IMG/VR virus record: IMGVR_UViG_3300020473_001965
Span: 62,001 to 126,000 of that record
Length of the DNA: 64,000 nt
Direction: 5' to 3' (one strand)
Positions 27,434 to 37,081 of this stretch are shown here, piece after piece (position 1 is the stretch's first letter; each line of letters begins with the position of its first letter). A program made the position numbers and the translations under genes. Below the pieces are notes generated by a model. The model was given only the letters and a program-made list of their open reading frames with translations, had not been told where the DNA came from and ran no database searches.

Positions 27434-27784
27434 ATGCGCGTAAATCACAAACTTAAGGAAGGTGACTTAGTCAAGTTGAAAATATATAGAAAGTCATTTA
27501 CAAGTGATGGATTTTCTACGCTAGGTTATCACCCCAACCCGATGTACGGTGCTCTTTACGAGTATATCAATATTCAAACCTACCCTAGTTGTAGAGACTT
27601 CTTAGGCAGAAGCGTTGCAGTCAAGCATAATCAAGAAGCGATGGTTCTAAAATATATTGGAAGACCCTTAACGCTACAGAACCCTGCATATTCAGACTAC
27701 GACATTTACGAGGTGTTAGTCAATGGCTATACTTGCTATGTTTTTAATTACAACATTGAGCCAGTATGCATCAAATCGGAATAA
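27434..27784 (+). CDS. SH3-like hypothetical protein
   Basis: LKEGDLVKL...YEVLVNG. Confidence 0.5.
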   Translation: MRVNHKLKEGDLVKLKIYRKSFTSDGFSTLGYHPNPMYGALYEYINIQTYPSCRDFLGRSVAVKHNQEAMVLKYIGRPLTLQNPAYSDYDIYEVLVNGYTCYVFNYNIEPVCIKSE

Positions 27785-28272
27785 GCGACAAACTAGAAAT
27801 CAAGACATCTTCAATACAGGGTGCGGGTTTAGGTGTATTTGCAAAAGCCGATATTCCGGCGGGGACTATTATTGAGACTTGCCCTGTAAAGCTTCTAAGC
27901 ACCTTCATTCTTGATGACGATGATATGCACAAGACATGGTTGATAGATTACACGTTTTCATGGAATGAAAAATTTGCAGCCGTTTGCTTTGGATGGGGTA
28001 GTTTTTACAACCACAGCGAAGAATACAACACGCACTATTCATGTCAGGAAGAGCCCATGGGAATTAGTTTTAAAACTGTCAAGCGTGTAAAGAAGGGTGA
28101 AGAACTATTTATTCGCTATCGTCACCCAAGCAGGTATCATGAGCTTGATTTTATCGAAATACAAGAGCATCAAAGCTCACCTGACAAATCGTATACAGAT
28201 CGTACCAAAAGCAACATACAAAGAAGGCGTCTAAATAGAGATGGTTCTCTCAAAGACTACCTCAAGCGCTAG
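27766..28272 (+). CDS. SET-domain protein-lysine methyltransferase
   Basis: GAGLGVFA..DI..G, FYNHS, KKGEELFIRY. Confidence 0.85.
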   Translation: MHQIGISDKLEIKTSSIQGAGLGVFAKADIPAGTIIETCPVKLLSTFILDDDDMHKTWLIDYTFSWNEKFAAVCFGWGSFYNHSEEYNTHYSCQEEPMGISFKTVKRVKKGEELFIRYRHPSRYHELDFIEIQEHQSSPDKSYTDRTKSNIQRRRLNRDGSLKDYLKR

Positions 28273-29930
28273 CTTTTCGACAAACAGCGCTTAAAATCTT
28301 TAGGGAAGAAGCTGGAATTCATTCTGTAGAACCTGTCAAAATCTGCATCTAGTATGTATGAAACTGCGTGGTCATCAGATGATCTCACGCTTCTGCCTAC
28401 AGACTGAACTATTGATTTAGCTGTTTGAAGCGGGTACCACTTCTTCCACTTGTTCATTCGCTTCTTGACTAATTTGTCTCCCAAGTAAGGATAGGGCACC
28501 TTGCATATTATTTGAAATCTGCTTGCATCACCTTTAAGATCCACCCCTTCAGTCATCGAAGGTGAAAGCAAAACAGTGTCCTTGTCACCATGTATATGCT
28601 TATAAAGAATTTCGTCTCGATTCTCACTATTGTGAGTTAAAATTCTCGAACTTCTAATATTGCGTTTGAGATGGTTTACCACCTTGTAAGAGTGGCAGTG
28701 AATAATTCCCTTTTCATTCTTGTGAGCAGCCATTATCATCTTGACTGCTTGAACAATGTTCGGCAAAGATTTGTCAATCACTTTCGATGACATACTCCCG
28801 ATAGGATTAAAAAGGATGGGTCGATTTTCTACAGGGAAAGGTGACGGTATACTGATGAAAGCTGTCTCTTCTTTCGGGATGCCCAAAGACTGGCAAAAGA
28901 CTTCGTGATCAAGTATTGTTGCTGACATCAGCAAAACACGCTCGCCCAACCGAAACAAATACTCGGTCGCGTATCCTGAAACGTCGATTGATTTAAAGAC
29001 AAACTTTCTAGACTTCCGTTCCCAGCTCACCTCTTCATCAAACACCCAGTTATCTTTGTTATAATATCTCAAAAAGTTTTCAAGCTTTGTGACATGACCT
29101 CGGAGCATGTCGTAATGTCGAGCAATAGTTTTTAATTCTTTCATTTTTTGAGTAAGATCAATCTTCTCTATTTGCTTTTCCATGTGTGAAAGCTGCGCTT
29201 TTGCTTTTGGAAAGTATACATCTTTCACCCAACGGAAAGCCTGAAATTGAGTTTGGTGCTTTGGCAAAGAAGTCTTCAAGACTGACTTGACAAACCTGTC
29301 AGTAATTGTCACTTCAACGAATCTACTTAATTCCGTTTCGACGTTGTGAGCCTCGTCGATTACTAAAAAACGTCGAGGAGAAATCTTTCCTGAGTATGCT
29401 GCTTCCGTCATGAAATATGGGAAATTACTCACGCTTTCACTAGATTCAAGGTACTTCTTTTTCTCTTCTTTGTAATTGCAGTTGAACGTGCATGCTTTAA
29501 AAAACCTTGAATCTCTTTCAGCAGTCTTTAGTAGCTGCTGACTCTGATTGCATGTATTGCGCTTATGAAAGCCACACGTGTAATTGGTTGAAGACTTGAT
29601 GGATCTCATCTTTCCGGAAGGTGCCCCGAAATCAGAAACATACTGATGTTGCAGGATCTTTTGGGTAGTTACGAACCACGATCCCAAATCATAATCATCA
29701 GACTTTTTTAGGCCACTATTTATCTGTCGCCCTAGCGTCAAACCTATTGCAGACTTGCCAACGCCCGTTCCTGCCTCGAGGACCACAAATCTCTTACCAG
29801 AATTATAAGCTTCAATCGCCAAGTCAATTGCTTGAACTTGTTCATCTCTTATCTTTTCGTAAGGAAAGAACTGCAAATAGTTATCACCACTGATCATCTT
29901 GTCCCACCCAGTCCTTAAATTTTTCGTCAC
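28269..29930 (-). CDS. DinG/XPD-family Fe-S helicase
   Basis: EAGTGVGKS, four Cys, IDEAH, MSAT, EGVD, KVPYP, QSVGRSVRS.DD. Confidence 0.9.
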   Translation of the reverse strand: MTKNLRTGWDKMISGDNYLQFFPYEKIRDEQVQAIDLAIEAYNSGKRFVVLEAGTGVGKSAIGLTLGRQINSGLKKSDDYDLGSWFVTTQKILQHQYVSDFGAPSGKMRSIKSSTNYTCGFHKRNTCNQSQQLLKTAERDSRFFKACTFNCNYKEEKKKYLESSESVSNFPYFMTEAAYSGKISPRRFLVIDEAHNVETELSRFVEVTITDRFVKSVLKTSLPKHQTQFQAFRWVKDVYFPKAKAQLSHMEKQIEKIDLTQKMKELKTIARHYDMLRGHVTKLENFLRYYNKDNWVFDEEVSWERKSRKFVFKSIDVSGYATEYLFRLGERVLLMSATILDHEVFCQSLGIPKEETAFISIPSPFPVENRPILFNPIGSMSSKVIDKSLPNIVQAVKMIMAAHKNEKGIIHCHSYKVVNHLKRNIRSSRILTHNSENRDEILYKHIHGDKDTVLLSPSMTEGVDLKGDASRFQIICKVPYPYLGDKLVKKRMNKWKKWYPLQTAKSIVQSVGRSVRSSDDHAVSYILDADFDRFYRMNSSFFPKDFKRCLSKS

Positions 29931-30315
29931 CGCCCCGGATAGTCCAGTCAGAATCTATCGTTAACTTAGACGATATTCCGCCGCGAGGGTTGAACAACAT
30001 TGTCAATCTAAGTCTGTTTGGTTCATAAGCCTTCATAATATCATCGTAAACAACATTAATCAAGCGCTCATAAGAAATAATTGAATTTCGAAACTGATAA
30101 AAATATTGTTTTAAAGATTTTAGCTCGATCACTTTTTCATTGGGATAGAACGTCATATAAACTTGTGCATAGTCTGGTTGATTTTTCACACCTAAAAAAG
30201 TCAACTCAGGATTTTTTATTTTTATTTCGTACCCTTGCCTTGTTGGATTTACTATTGTTGTTAGGATCGACGGATCGCTCCACCTTCTTTTTCCTGAGTC
30301 TTGTTGTTTTGCCAC
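29884..30315 (-). CDS. queF: QueF-like T-fold protein lacking the catalytic Cys
   Basis: PELTFLGVKNQPDYA, ELKSLKQYF..FRN, PRGGIS. Confidence 0.75.
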   Translation of the reverse strand: MAKQQDSGKRRWSDPSILTTIVNPTRQGYEIKIKNPELTFLGVKNQPDYAQVYMTFYPNEKVIELKSLKQYFYQFRNSIISYERLINVVYDDIMKAYEPNRLRLTMLFNPRGGISSKLTIDSDWTIRGGDEKFKDWVGQDDQW

Positions 30316-30643
30316 CGTGAGTTTTCCTCCTAGATTCTTTCTTAATAATACAGCTGTCATATACAAATGTACTATCTCCTGGGCCTTTAAAGGGGATTGA
30401 CCATTTCTTTCTCAGCAGGTCTGCTTCATGCTGATACACAACTTCTGACTCCCAACCAGAATATCCTGGCCAGCCCATTGACATTTTAAACCCCACACGC
30501 TTCGGAGGTGTTGGTTTGACAACGACTCTCTTTACAAGCCTTACGTGAATATGAGGAATTGCGTCTCCAGCGATGGACTTTACTAAGACTATATCGCCTT
30601 CTTTGTATCTACGTGTTTTCTTATCTTTCATCTGGTTTGCCAC
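30206..30643 (-). CDS. SH3-like hypothetical protein
   Basis: YKEGDIVLV. Confidence 0.45.
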   Translation of the reverse strand: MANQMKDKKTRRYKEGDIVLVKSIAGDAIPHIHVRLVKRVVVKPTPPKRVGFKMSMGWPGYSGWESEVVYQHEADLLRKKWSIPFKGPGDSTFVYDSCIIKKESRRKTHGGKTTRLRKKKVERSVDPNNNSKSNKARVRNKNKKS

Positions 30644-30698
30644 AAAACAAACAATTTTCGTATTGGTCTTGTGCTATCTCAAATTATTTTATTTGTCT

Positions 30699-30727
30699 AT
30701 TATAAACACAATTAGAAGAATTTACAA
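30699..30727 (-). promoter_or_regulatory. Class I promoter TTGTAA-N17-TATAAT
   Basis: Read directly from sequence. Confidence 0.6.
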
Positions 30728-31154
30728 TGTATTTTGCTGATTCGCCAAAGGAATGATCGAATCATGATTCTTTCTAAAGGGCTTTGCGTTATGAATGCTC
30801 GTTACTTTTCCATCAGCAAAAACTCGATAAGTAACAGTGTCTGGGTCGGGTGTTGATCTCACTTCACATATCAAGTACAGTGTTTCGGACTTGTCGGGAT
30901 TTATTACTTTTATGATATCACCAGGCTCTGCACAGGGGTGACTCTTGATTTGAGAATTCATTGGCAAACAACTCTTGGGGGACAGAGATAAGTATCCCTC
31001 CAGGAGACAATGCTACCCAAACTATATTTCTACCTTCTTCAAAGGGGCCGTCAATTAGAGTCAAGACAGCACCTCGAGAAACTTTTATACTCATTCTAGT
31101 ATCAAAAAAATCTTGTTCTAAATCAATTCTATCGCCGACTTCGTACTCTTCCAT
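30722..31154 (-). other. Two small SH3-like ORFs (30722-30967, 30918-31154)
   Basis: EPGDIIKV; YEVGDRIDL. Confidence 0.45.
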
Positions 31155-31953
31155 TAATAGATTCCCTCACAAACTTACGAACAAGATCAACTTGAGAAAC
31201 CTCAGTATGAATTTCATTTTCAACTGAGAGACTCTTGTCAAATTCTTTTACTGCTCGATCATAAAGTCGCTCGATATATCCAGTGTTTCTCAAAACTTTA
31301 AAAGCGAGATTTTCAGCTGAATACTCCCCCGATCTTTCAAGCCCAGACTGTCGCATATTCTTTATTTTTTTCTTTAATGCGTCTATCTTTTTTATGCTAG
31401 GATCATCTTTTTCTAAAAGATTGTCGATCATCTTCATTAATGCGCTAGCTTTTCTTTGGACCGCGGGTAAATCTAATTTGGCGGATTCTCTCTTCGGGAC
31501 AGTCAACCATTTGTCTGACATTATACTGTATACACCCGTAGAGTGATGTTCTTCATTTACGTCTTGACCGTAAAGTTCAACATCGTGACCTTTTATTTTA
31601 ATGTTATGCTTTTCGTTCCAGATGGATTTTTTAGCATTCATATAATTTTTTACTAGGTCGAGGTTTTCATCTATTTCACTAAAGTCAAAAAGAACGTGCA
31701 AGTCCACATCGCTGACTTTTGTATAGTTGTAATTTGCAAGCGAGCCCGTAATTATTATGTCTTTGATTGGCGCGCTAATGTCTAAAGAAAGATAAAATTC
31801 GAGAGCAATCTTATACAAGATGTTTCGAAGCCCTTGCTTTAACTCATTCTCTTCCCACAAAACTGTGCTTAGATTTTGACTAGGTTCAAAATCAGAGAAG
31901 TCGTCAGGAACTGACTTCTGAATTGCTGACTGTATTTCATCTTCAGATAGCAT
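31129..31953 (-). CDS. Pol-beta-superfamily nucleotidyltransferase
   Basis: TGSLANYNY...SDVDLHV, DVELY; C-terminal DLVRKFVRES helix. Confidence 0.75.
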   Translation of the reverse strand: MLSEDEIQSAIQKSVPDDFSDFEPSQNLSTVLWEENELKQGLRNILYKIALEFYLSLDISAPIKDIIITGSLANYNYTKVSDVDLHVLFDFSEIDENLDLVKNYMNAKKSIWNEKHNIKIKGHDVELYGQDVNEEHHSTGVYSIMSDKWLTVPKRESAKLDLPAVQRKASALMKMIDNLLEKDDPSIKKIDALKKKIKNMRQSGLERSGEYSAENLAFKVLRNTGYIERLYDRAVKEFDKSLSVENEIHTEVSQVDLVRKFVRESINGRVRSRR

Positions 31954-32094
31954 ACTAGTAATTATTACTCACTTACAATAGAATCATGGCTTTTATTATC
32001 TACCGCCTTGTCTTCCATTATTTCCTTTTTTACATGATACCACAACGTGAAACTCAAAGACAGGCTTACAATTAATGCAATCAACTTGTAAATA

Positions 32095-33726
32095 TCAAGT
32101 CTTGGTTGCTTCATCTTCTTGATATTCTGTTAGCTCACGAGCAGACGGATCGTTCACATCTGACCAGTTGGGCATCCAAAATTTTGGTATCGTTAACGTT
32201 GCAGGTTTTCCAAAGAATTTCTCAAAGACCTTCCTATAATAATAGCTTTCTTTCAACACGGGTGTGCACGGGTGAAGTCGACTCCCATGTTTTGCAAACT
32301 CACCGTCTGAGACTACAGTGTTTACATGTTGCTGAATTATTTTGTGCCAAGAGTTTTCCCTTGTGGATACTGCATCAGAAAAAGCGCACTTAGTTCTATT
32401 AAGCACATCAAGTGGCAAGAGGCCTGTCTCAGAAAAAGCAGATCGAAGCAAGTTCTTTTCAGGGACTTCTCCGCCAAATCGCTTTAAGCCCACTGGAAGG
32501 CTCATATAATAGTCTACGAAATCTCGATCAAGAAAGGGTGTTCTTGCTTCGAGGCCGTGCGACGATACAGATCTGTCTGATCGGAGGACATCATAGATAT
32601 GGATTTCTCGCAATAGCTTTAAGTTTTCTTCAAAAAACGCTGCGTTGCTCGGTGCATTTATATTATAAAGATAGCCCATAGCAACTTCATCAGACCCATC
32701 TCCGTTGAACACCACCTTGACGTCAGTGTTCTCCTTAATATATTTCCCTACAAGATAATTCCCCACCGATGCTCTCACTGTTGTCGTGTCATACGATTCA
32801 ATGCTGTAGATTACCGCTTCTATTGCATCAACAAACTCTTGAGCGGTCGCTTCAACAACATGATGGTCAGAGCCTATCCAGTCTGCAACCTTTTGTGCAT
32901 AGACGACATCAGGACTGCCCGGCATTCCAATTGAAAACGTTTTTATTCTTTCGCTTGTCATAGAGTTGGCAAGGCTCGCTATCAGACTAGAGTCTAGGCC
33001 GCCTGATAGAAGACAGCCTATTTCTCTGTCAGACATCATTCTCTTTTCTACAGCTGATGTTAAAAGATTTTGTATCTGTGTCGTTGCTTCTTCAAAGCTT
33101 GCATTGTTATCGGGTTTATAGTCACAATCAAAATAACTGTAAAACGACTGGGGCGTTTCAGACGACCACCAAGAGCCCGGTGGAAAGTGTTGTATCTTTT
33201 CTGCGATATCAGACATTGCCTTGATCTCAGAAGCTACAAAATATTCACCAGAAGATGCTCCAAAGAAGCTTGGTCGTACTCCGTAACGATCTCTAGCTGA
33301 GTAAAGTATTCCTTCCTTTTTGTCGTATAAGGACAGTGCGAATACTCCGTCGAGCTCTCTACATGTTCTGTTCATTCCAAACTTAGCAAACATGTGTATT
33401 ATAATTTCGCAATCAGAGTTTGTCTCTGTCTTGAAATTGTACTTCTCGCTGAGCGTTTTGTGATTGTAAATCTCTCCGTTGCAAATCAACCAGTACCTTT
33501 GAAGGTTGGCTTTTCTTAAGTTCATTGGCTGGCCGGACTTTTCGTCTAACCCATTAATTGCAAGACGATGGAACCAGAGCACAGCCCTTGCCTTTGATTT
33601 TAAAGTGAGCTTGTTTTTAAATTCTTCAAATTCTGTCTTGTCGGGTCCACGGTGCTGAATTTTTGTAAAATGCTTGTCCAGCTCCCGCAAACTTCTATTC
33701 CCTAGATAACCTACAAACCCACACAT
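32095..33726 (-). CDS. asnB: Asparagine synthase (glutamine-hydrolysing)
   Basis: N-terminal MCG, HRGPD, NGEIYN, RD.YGVRP, LLSGGLDSS, GDGSDE, EARTPFLD. Confidence 0.92.
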   Translation of the reverse strand: MCGFVGYLGNRSLRELDKHFTKIQHRGPDKTEFEEFKNKLTLKSKARAVLWFHRLAINGLDEKSGQPMNLRKANLQRYWLICNGEIYNHKTLSEKYNFKTETNSDCEIIIHMFAKFGMNRTCRELDGVFALSLYDKKEGILYSARDRYGVRPSFFGASSGEYFVASEIKAMSDIAEKIQHFPPGSWWSSETPQSFYSYFDCDYKPDNNASFEEATTQIQNLLTSAVEKRMMSDREIGCLLSGGLDSSLIASLANSMTSERIKTFSIGMPGSPDVVYAQKVADWIGSDHHVVEATAQEFVDAIEAVIYSIESYDTTTVRASVGNYLVGKYIKENTDVKVVFNGDGSDEVAMGYLYNINAPSNAAFFEENLKLLREIHIYDVLRSDRSVSSHGLEARTPFLDRDFVDYYMSLPVGLKRFGGEVPEKNLLRSAFSETGLLPLDVLNRTKCAFSDAVSTRENSWHKIIQQHVNTVVSDGEFAKHGSRLHPCTPVLKESYYYRKVFEKFFGKPATLTIPKFWMPNWSDVNDPSARELTEYQEDEATKT

Positions 33727-33789
33727 AAAAACTCCAAACTCCGTATTTATTATTACGCGAGCGCAAAAAAAGATTTAACCTATTATTTA

Positions 33790-34035
33790 TTGTTTATGCG
33801 ACTAAAAGACATAGCTGAAAATATTCGTCGCGATCTGGTTGATCTAACAGACGGAGCATTTCACGTTGAAATATCTAGTGACGACGGTGGCCACCACTTG
33901 ACCATTTCAATAGAATTCCACAACGACGCTCAAAAGGTTAGAAAGTTACTGGATGAAAAGTATAGAAATACAAGGACAGTTATCCTTAAAGTACCAGTAG
34001 GGACACTGCACTTTATCAGAATCCCTATCGTCTAA
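33790..34035 (+). CDS. Hypothetical protein
   Basis: Plus-strand ORF filling the gap between divergent and convergent genes. Confidence 0.5.
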   Translation: MFMRLKDIAENIRRDLVDLTDGAFHVEISSDDGGHHLTISIEFHNDAQKVRKLLDEKYRNTRTVILKVPVGTLHFIRIPIV

Positions 34036-34037
34036 AG

Positions 34038-34337
34038 TCAATCGTACTTTATCCATTCAATTACATTGCCACTAAGATCTCTGTCATAGTAATACCAAGA
34101 GCCGTCTCTGTGCTGCTTTATCTCGCAACCTTCTGGAAATTCTGAAAAGTCGCTTACTTGAAAAGCTACGTGAGGCGGGTGGTCGCCCTCTATTGTCAGA
34201 GCTATTTTTGTTTCACCTATCTTAAGCATCGCCCACGTTTGGTCTTCGTATTCGACAGTTGCTTTCATGTTTTCTCTATACCACTGAACAGATGTGTGAA
34301 TACTTTTTACATTCAATGCGATGTGATCAAATTTCAC
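34038..34337 (-). CDS. VOC/glyoxalase family protein
   Basis: FDHIALNV......WY, HVAFQV, YDRDLSGNVIE. Confidence 0.85.
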   Translation of the reverse strand: MKFDHIALNVKSIHTSVQWYRENMKATVEYEDQTWAMLKIGETKIALTIEGDHPPHVAFQVSDFSEFPEGCEIKQHRDGSWYYYDRDLSGNVIEWIKYD

Positions 34338-34350
34338 TTCTACCTCATGA

Positions 34351-34551
34351 TTATGTTGGGTCGATCATCTCTATAGGGCATTCATCTCTCATTAAACGCT
34401 TGCCCTCATAATAGCTATCTTTCTTCTTGACTTGCAGCATCCCTTCAGGTGTTTCTATAATACAAACATCCCGCTCACACTGGTCAACAGTACAAACGGG
34501 CAACTCAGGTTGCTGATATGTGAAAGCTAAAAGCATTATTATCCAAAACAT
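34351..34551 (-). CDS. Small secreted Cys-containing protein
   Basis: Hydrophobic N-terminus, four Cys, AGAGG RBS. Confidence 0.5.
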   Translation of the reverse strand: MFWIIMLLAFTYQQPELPVCTVDQCERDVCIIETPEGMLQVKKKDSYYEGKRLMRDECPIEMIDPT

Positions 34552-34616
34552 GTTGTTCCTCTTTGTAAAAGATAATAACTATATCTGTTCTATTTTATTT
34601 GTATACTAAAATAATA

Positions 34617-34692
34617 TGGAGCGGGTGATGGGACTCGAACCCACAACGTACAGCTTGGAAGGCTGTCACTCTACCAGTTGAGTTACACCCGC
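34617..34692 (-). tRNA. tRNA-Gly (TCC)
   Basis: GCGGGTGTAACTCAACTGGTAGAGTGACAGCCTTCCAAGCTGTACGTTGTGGGTTCGAGTCCCATCACCCGCTCCA; cloverleaf with CCA. Confidence 0.95.
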
Positions 34693-34701
34693 AATTCGTC
34701 G

Positions 34702-35130
34702 CTATTCTTGAATATCTACAAGCTCTATTTCAAAATTTAAAGTTTTCCCTGCAAGCGGGTGATTAAAGTCGATAACAGCTTCTTCGTCTGTGAAAGAGCT
34801 GATTACTCCTCGGAACGTTCCCGTCTCATTTTGTGCCTGAACTACTCCGCCTACAGCAAATTCCATCTCTTCAGGAAACTGGGTCCTGGGAACAGTTGCA
34901 ACTGCTTGTTCGTCAATGGGTCCGTAAGCATTGTCAGGTTCGATTGTAACATTTTTCACTTCTCCTACTTGCATTCCTAAAAGCGCAGAATCAAATCCTC
35001 CAATAACTCTACCCTCGCCTACCTGAAATTCTAGAGGCATTTCTCTATCATAAGAGTTATCAAACTCCATTCCATCATCGAGTGTTCCTCGATAGTGAAC
35101 GCTAACTGTATTTCCGTTTTCTACTTTCAT
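34702..35130 (-). CDS. FKBP-type peptidyl-prolyl isomerase (SlyD/SlpA-like)
   Basis: VSVHYRGTLDDG.EFDNS, AYG, DFNHPLAGKTLNFEIEL. Confidence 0.92.
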   Translation of the reverse strand: MKVENGNTVSVHYRGTLDDGMEFDNSYDREMPLEFQVGEGRVIGGFDSALLGMQVGEVKNVTIEPDNAYGPIDEQAVATVPRTQFPEEMEFAVGGVVQAQNETGTFRGVISSFTDEEAVIDFNHPLAGKTLNFEIELVDIQE

Positions 35131-35172
35131 TTTTCCTTCTTTCTTTTGTGCATTTTGCACGGTTATTAGTGC

Positions 35173-35415
35173 TTAACGCACAACTTTTAGTTTTTCTACC
35201 CAGACTGGCAAAGATAACTCGGACCGACCAGATCCGTAAATTGCACTCTCTGGTACTTTGAATGGTACTAGTTCGTCTGAACCGCCTACCCAGTGCAATC
35301 TATCTGCAACTACATCGAACAAGAGTGTTTCTTGATCTTCAGTGGGATAATAGAACCCGTTGTAGCCGCGCTTGCTCATTCGAACTGTGTCACCTTTTTT
35401 GATTGTAATTTTCAT
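35173..35415 (-). CDS. Small SH3-like protein
   Basis: IKKGDTVRM. Confidence 0.5.
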   Translation of the reverse strand: MKITIKKGDTVRMSKRGYNGFYYPTEDQETLLFDVVADRLHWVGGSDELVPFKVPESAIYGSGRSELSLPVWVEKLKVVR

Positions 35416-35425
35416 TTGATGCTCC

Positions 35426-35794
35426 TCAGCAACCTTTTAAAACGTCTATTTCTTCCCAGGCACCCTGCCAGTTTGTGTACCTGACTTTAGCTATCCCAGC
35501 CTTTTTCATCTCTTGCATGCAGAGATAACATGGGCGTGCCATTGTCCATCGATGATCATGCTTTGTAAATCTAATAACTTCAATTTCATCTCCCGGTTTT
35601 GCAAATCTCAATACATTCATTTCTGCGTGCATGTGCGAAGCCCATGTACCATCCTCATATTGTCGCTTAAACCTTGGGTGAGTCTTATCAGTATTTTCAC
35701 CTATCTTCACGACCTTGCCTTTTCTTCGTAAGATAGCAGCCAAATGATAGGTTCTACCATTGCTGATCGCTTTTTCTTTAGCTCGATAGTACAC
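35426..35794 (-). CDS. Zn-dependent deaminase (cytidine/dCMP deaminase fold)
   Basis: HAE and ARPCxxC motifs. Confidence 0.75.
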   Translation of the reverse strand: MYYRAKEKAISNGRTYHLAAILRRKGKVVKIGENTDKTHPRFKRQYEDGTWASHMHAEMNVLRFAKPGDEIEVIRFTKHDHRWTMARPCYLCMQEMKKAGIAKVRYTNWQGAWEEIDVLKGC

Positions 35795-35815
35795 TTGGCA
35801 TGATGCCCTCCTTAG

Positions 35816-35903
35816 TGGCGGAAGCGGTGAGATTCGAACTCACGATACGTTTCCGTATGCCGGTTTTCAAGACCGGTGCCTTAAGCCGCTCGGCCACGCT
35901 TCC
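35816..35903 (-). tRNA. tRNA-Ser (TGA)
   Basis: GGAAGCGTGGCCGAGCGG...CTTGAAA...GTTCGAATC...CTTCCGCCA; long variable arm. Confidence 0.95.
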
Positions 35904-35905
35904 AG

Positions 35906-36505
35906 TTAAACTTTCCATAATCCTGACTGATTTCCAATACCAGTCCATCTTGGCCGGACGGTTCGTGAATAGAGATCCAAGTATGGACCTTTGCTTCTTT
36001 CCTCAACAAAAGAGTAAAATTCTTCAGGCTTTCGAGAATGCTGTCGCCTCTGAGCGAAAATATAATCCTTAGAACCGCACAGACCCTTTCCGTTGGGAAC
36101 TGACTCTTTCTCATTTGTCCCTGAATACCTTGTTCTTTTTCCCATTCCCTTTCGATATCTTACAGCAAAAATACACATCTCAGTGTATCTCATTCCGTAC
36201 GGGGTAGGGCTTCCCACATTTGACTTTACCCATGGGATCAAGCTGATTGGTTTGAAACCTAGCGCATCACAAACTTCAAGCGCAGGTAAAATCCCTTGAT
36301 CTTTCCCAGCTGTAAATGAATTAACTGTCCACATGTACATATGGGCTTCAGGAGCGACAGGATGCTTCTTAAACCACTCTGATATCGTGCAAATTATCTC
36401 GCCCTTAGACTGAACATTGTAATGAGTCGAAGGTTGTAAAGTTGCATGACCCACACCCCCTGTGGTCTTTCTCCAAGGTGGGTCTATTACGATAGTTTTA
36501 TACAT
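35906..36505 (-). CDS. MT-A70-family N6-adenine methyltransferase
   Basis: IVIDPPW, HSRKPEEFY, LDLYSR..R..W...GNQ. Confidence 0.85.
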   Translation of the reverse strand: MYKTIVIDPPWRKTTGGVGHATLQPSTHYNVQSKGEIICTISEWFKKHPVAPEAHMYMWTVNSFTAGKDQGILPALEVCDALGFKPISLIPWVKSNVGSPTPYGMRYTEMCIFAVRYRKGMGKRTRYSGTNEKESVPNGKGLCGSKDYIFAQRRQHSRKPEEFYSFVEERSKGPYLDLYSRTVRPRWTGIGNQSGLWKV

Positions 36506-36520
36506 AGCTTATCCATAAAA

Positions 36521-36596
36521 TGGCTCCCCGAGCAGGACTTGAACCTACGACCCGCTGATTAACAGTCAGCTGCTCTACCAACTGAGCTATCGGGGA
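36521..36596 (-). tRNA. tRNA-Asn (GTT)
   Basis: TCCCCGATAGCTCAGTTGGTAGAGCAGCTGACTGTTAATCAGCGGGTCGTAGGTTCAAGTCCTGCTCGGGGAGCCA. Confidence 0.95.
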
Positions 36597-37081
36597 TTAT
36601 ATTTTTTCAAACATTAGTTCGTCTAAATCTTTATATACTACACCGTCTATCAAAACTTTATAAAGAAAAAAGTCTTCATCTCCAACAACGTCTAATGTAT
36701 CTTTAGTATATGACTCAGTAAACATCTTCTTTTCTAATATGATGCCTACTTTATCTGGGCTTAGCTCTAGCTCACCATCTTGTTCACTTGTCACCCACCA
36801 CGAACCAAAAGGTGCAGCTGAATGAACTGTCTTAATTGCTGTGCCTATGTCATAAGGAGATTTCATTTCTTATTCATCGCCAAAAGCTCTGGATTATCGC
36901 CGATATACGTGTCATAAAAGAAATCATCGACTGTAGCTAGATTATTGGCCAGCGCTCTTTCTTGCCAATGCTGGCTTGTGTTTTGTAAAGCATTGCGCAA
37001 AATGCTATGAATTTTTTCAACAGAGTTTTCATTCAAAGCGTCTAATACGCGTAGCTTCAATATAGTATATTCGGCGCCCAT
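36597..37081 (-). other. Two hypothetical ORFs (36597-36866 SH3-like; 36863-37081)
   Basis: ATGA overlap; GIILE...YKVLIDG in the first. Confidence 0.5.

Noticed and set aside
2528-33726. Eukaryotic virus (NCLDV) origin suggested by PMM, SET and C-type lectin genes
   Set aside because: Shine-Dalgarno sites, overlapping operons, sigma-70, lipoboxes and CCA-encoding bacterial-type tRNAs indicate a bacteriophage.
35800-36114. ORFs 35800-36072 (+) and 35881-36114 (-)
   Set aside because: They overlap tRNA-Ser and the MT-A70 gene.
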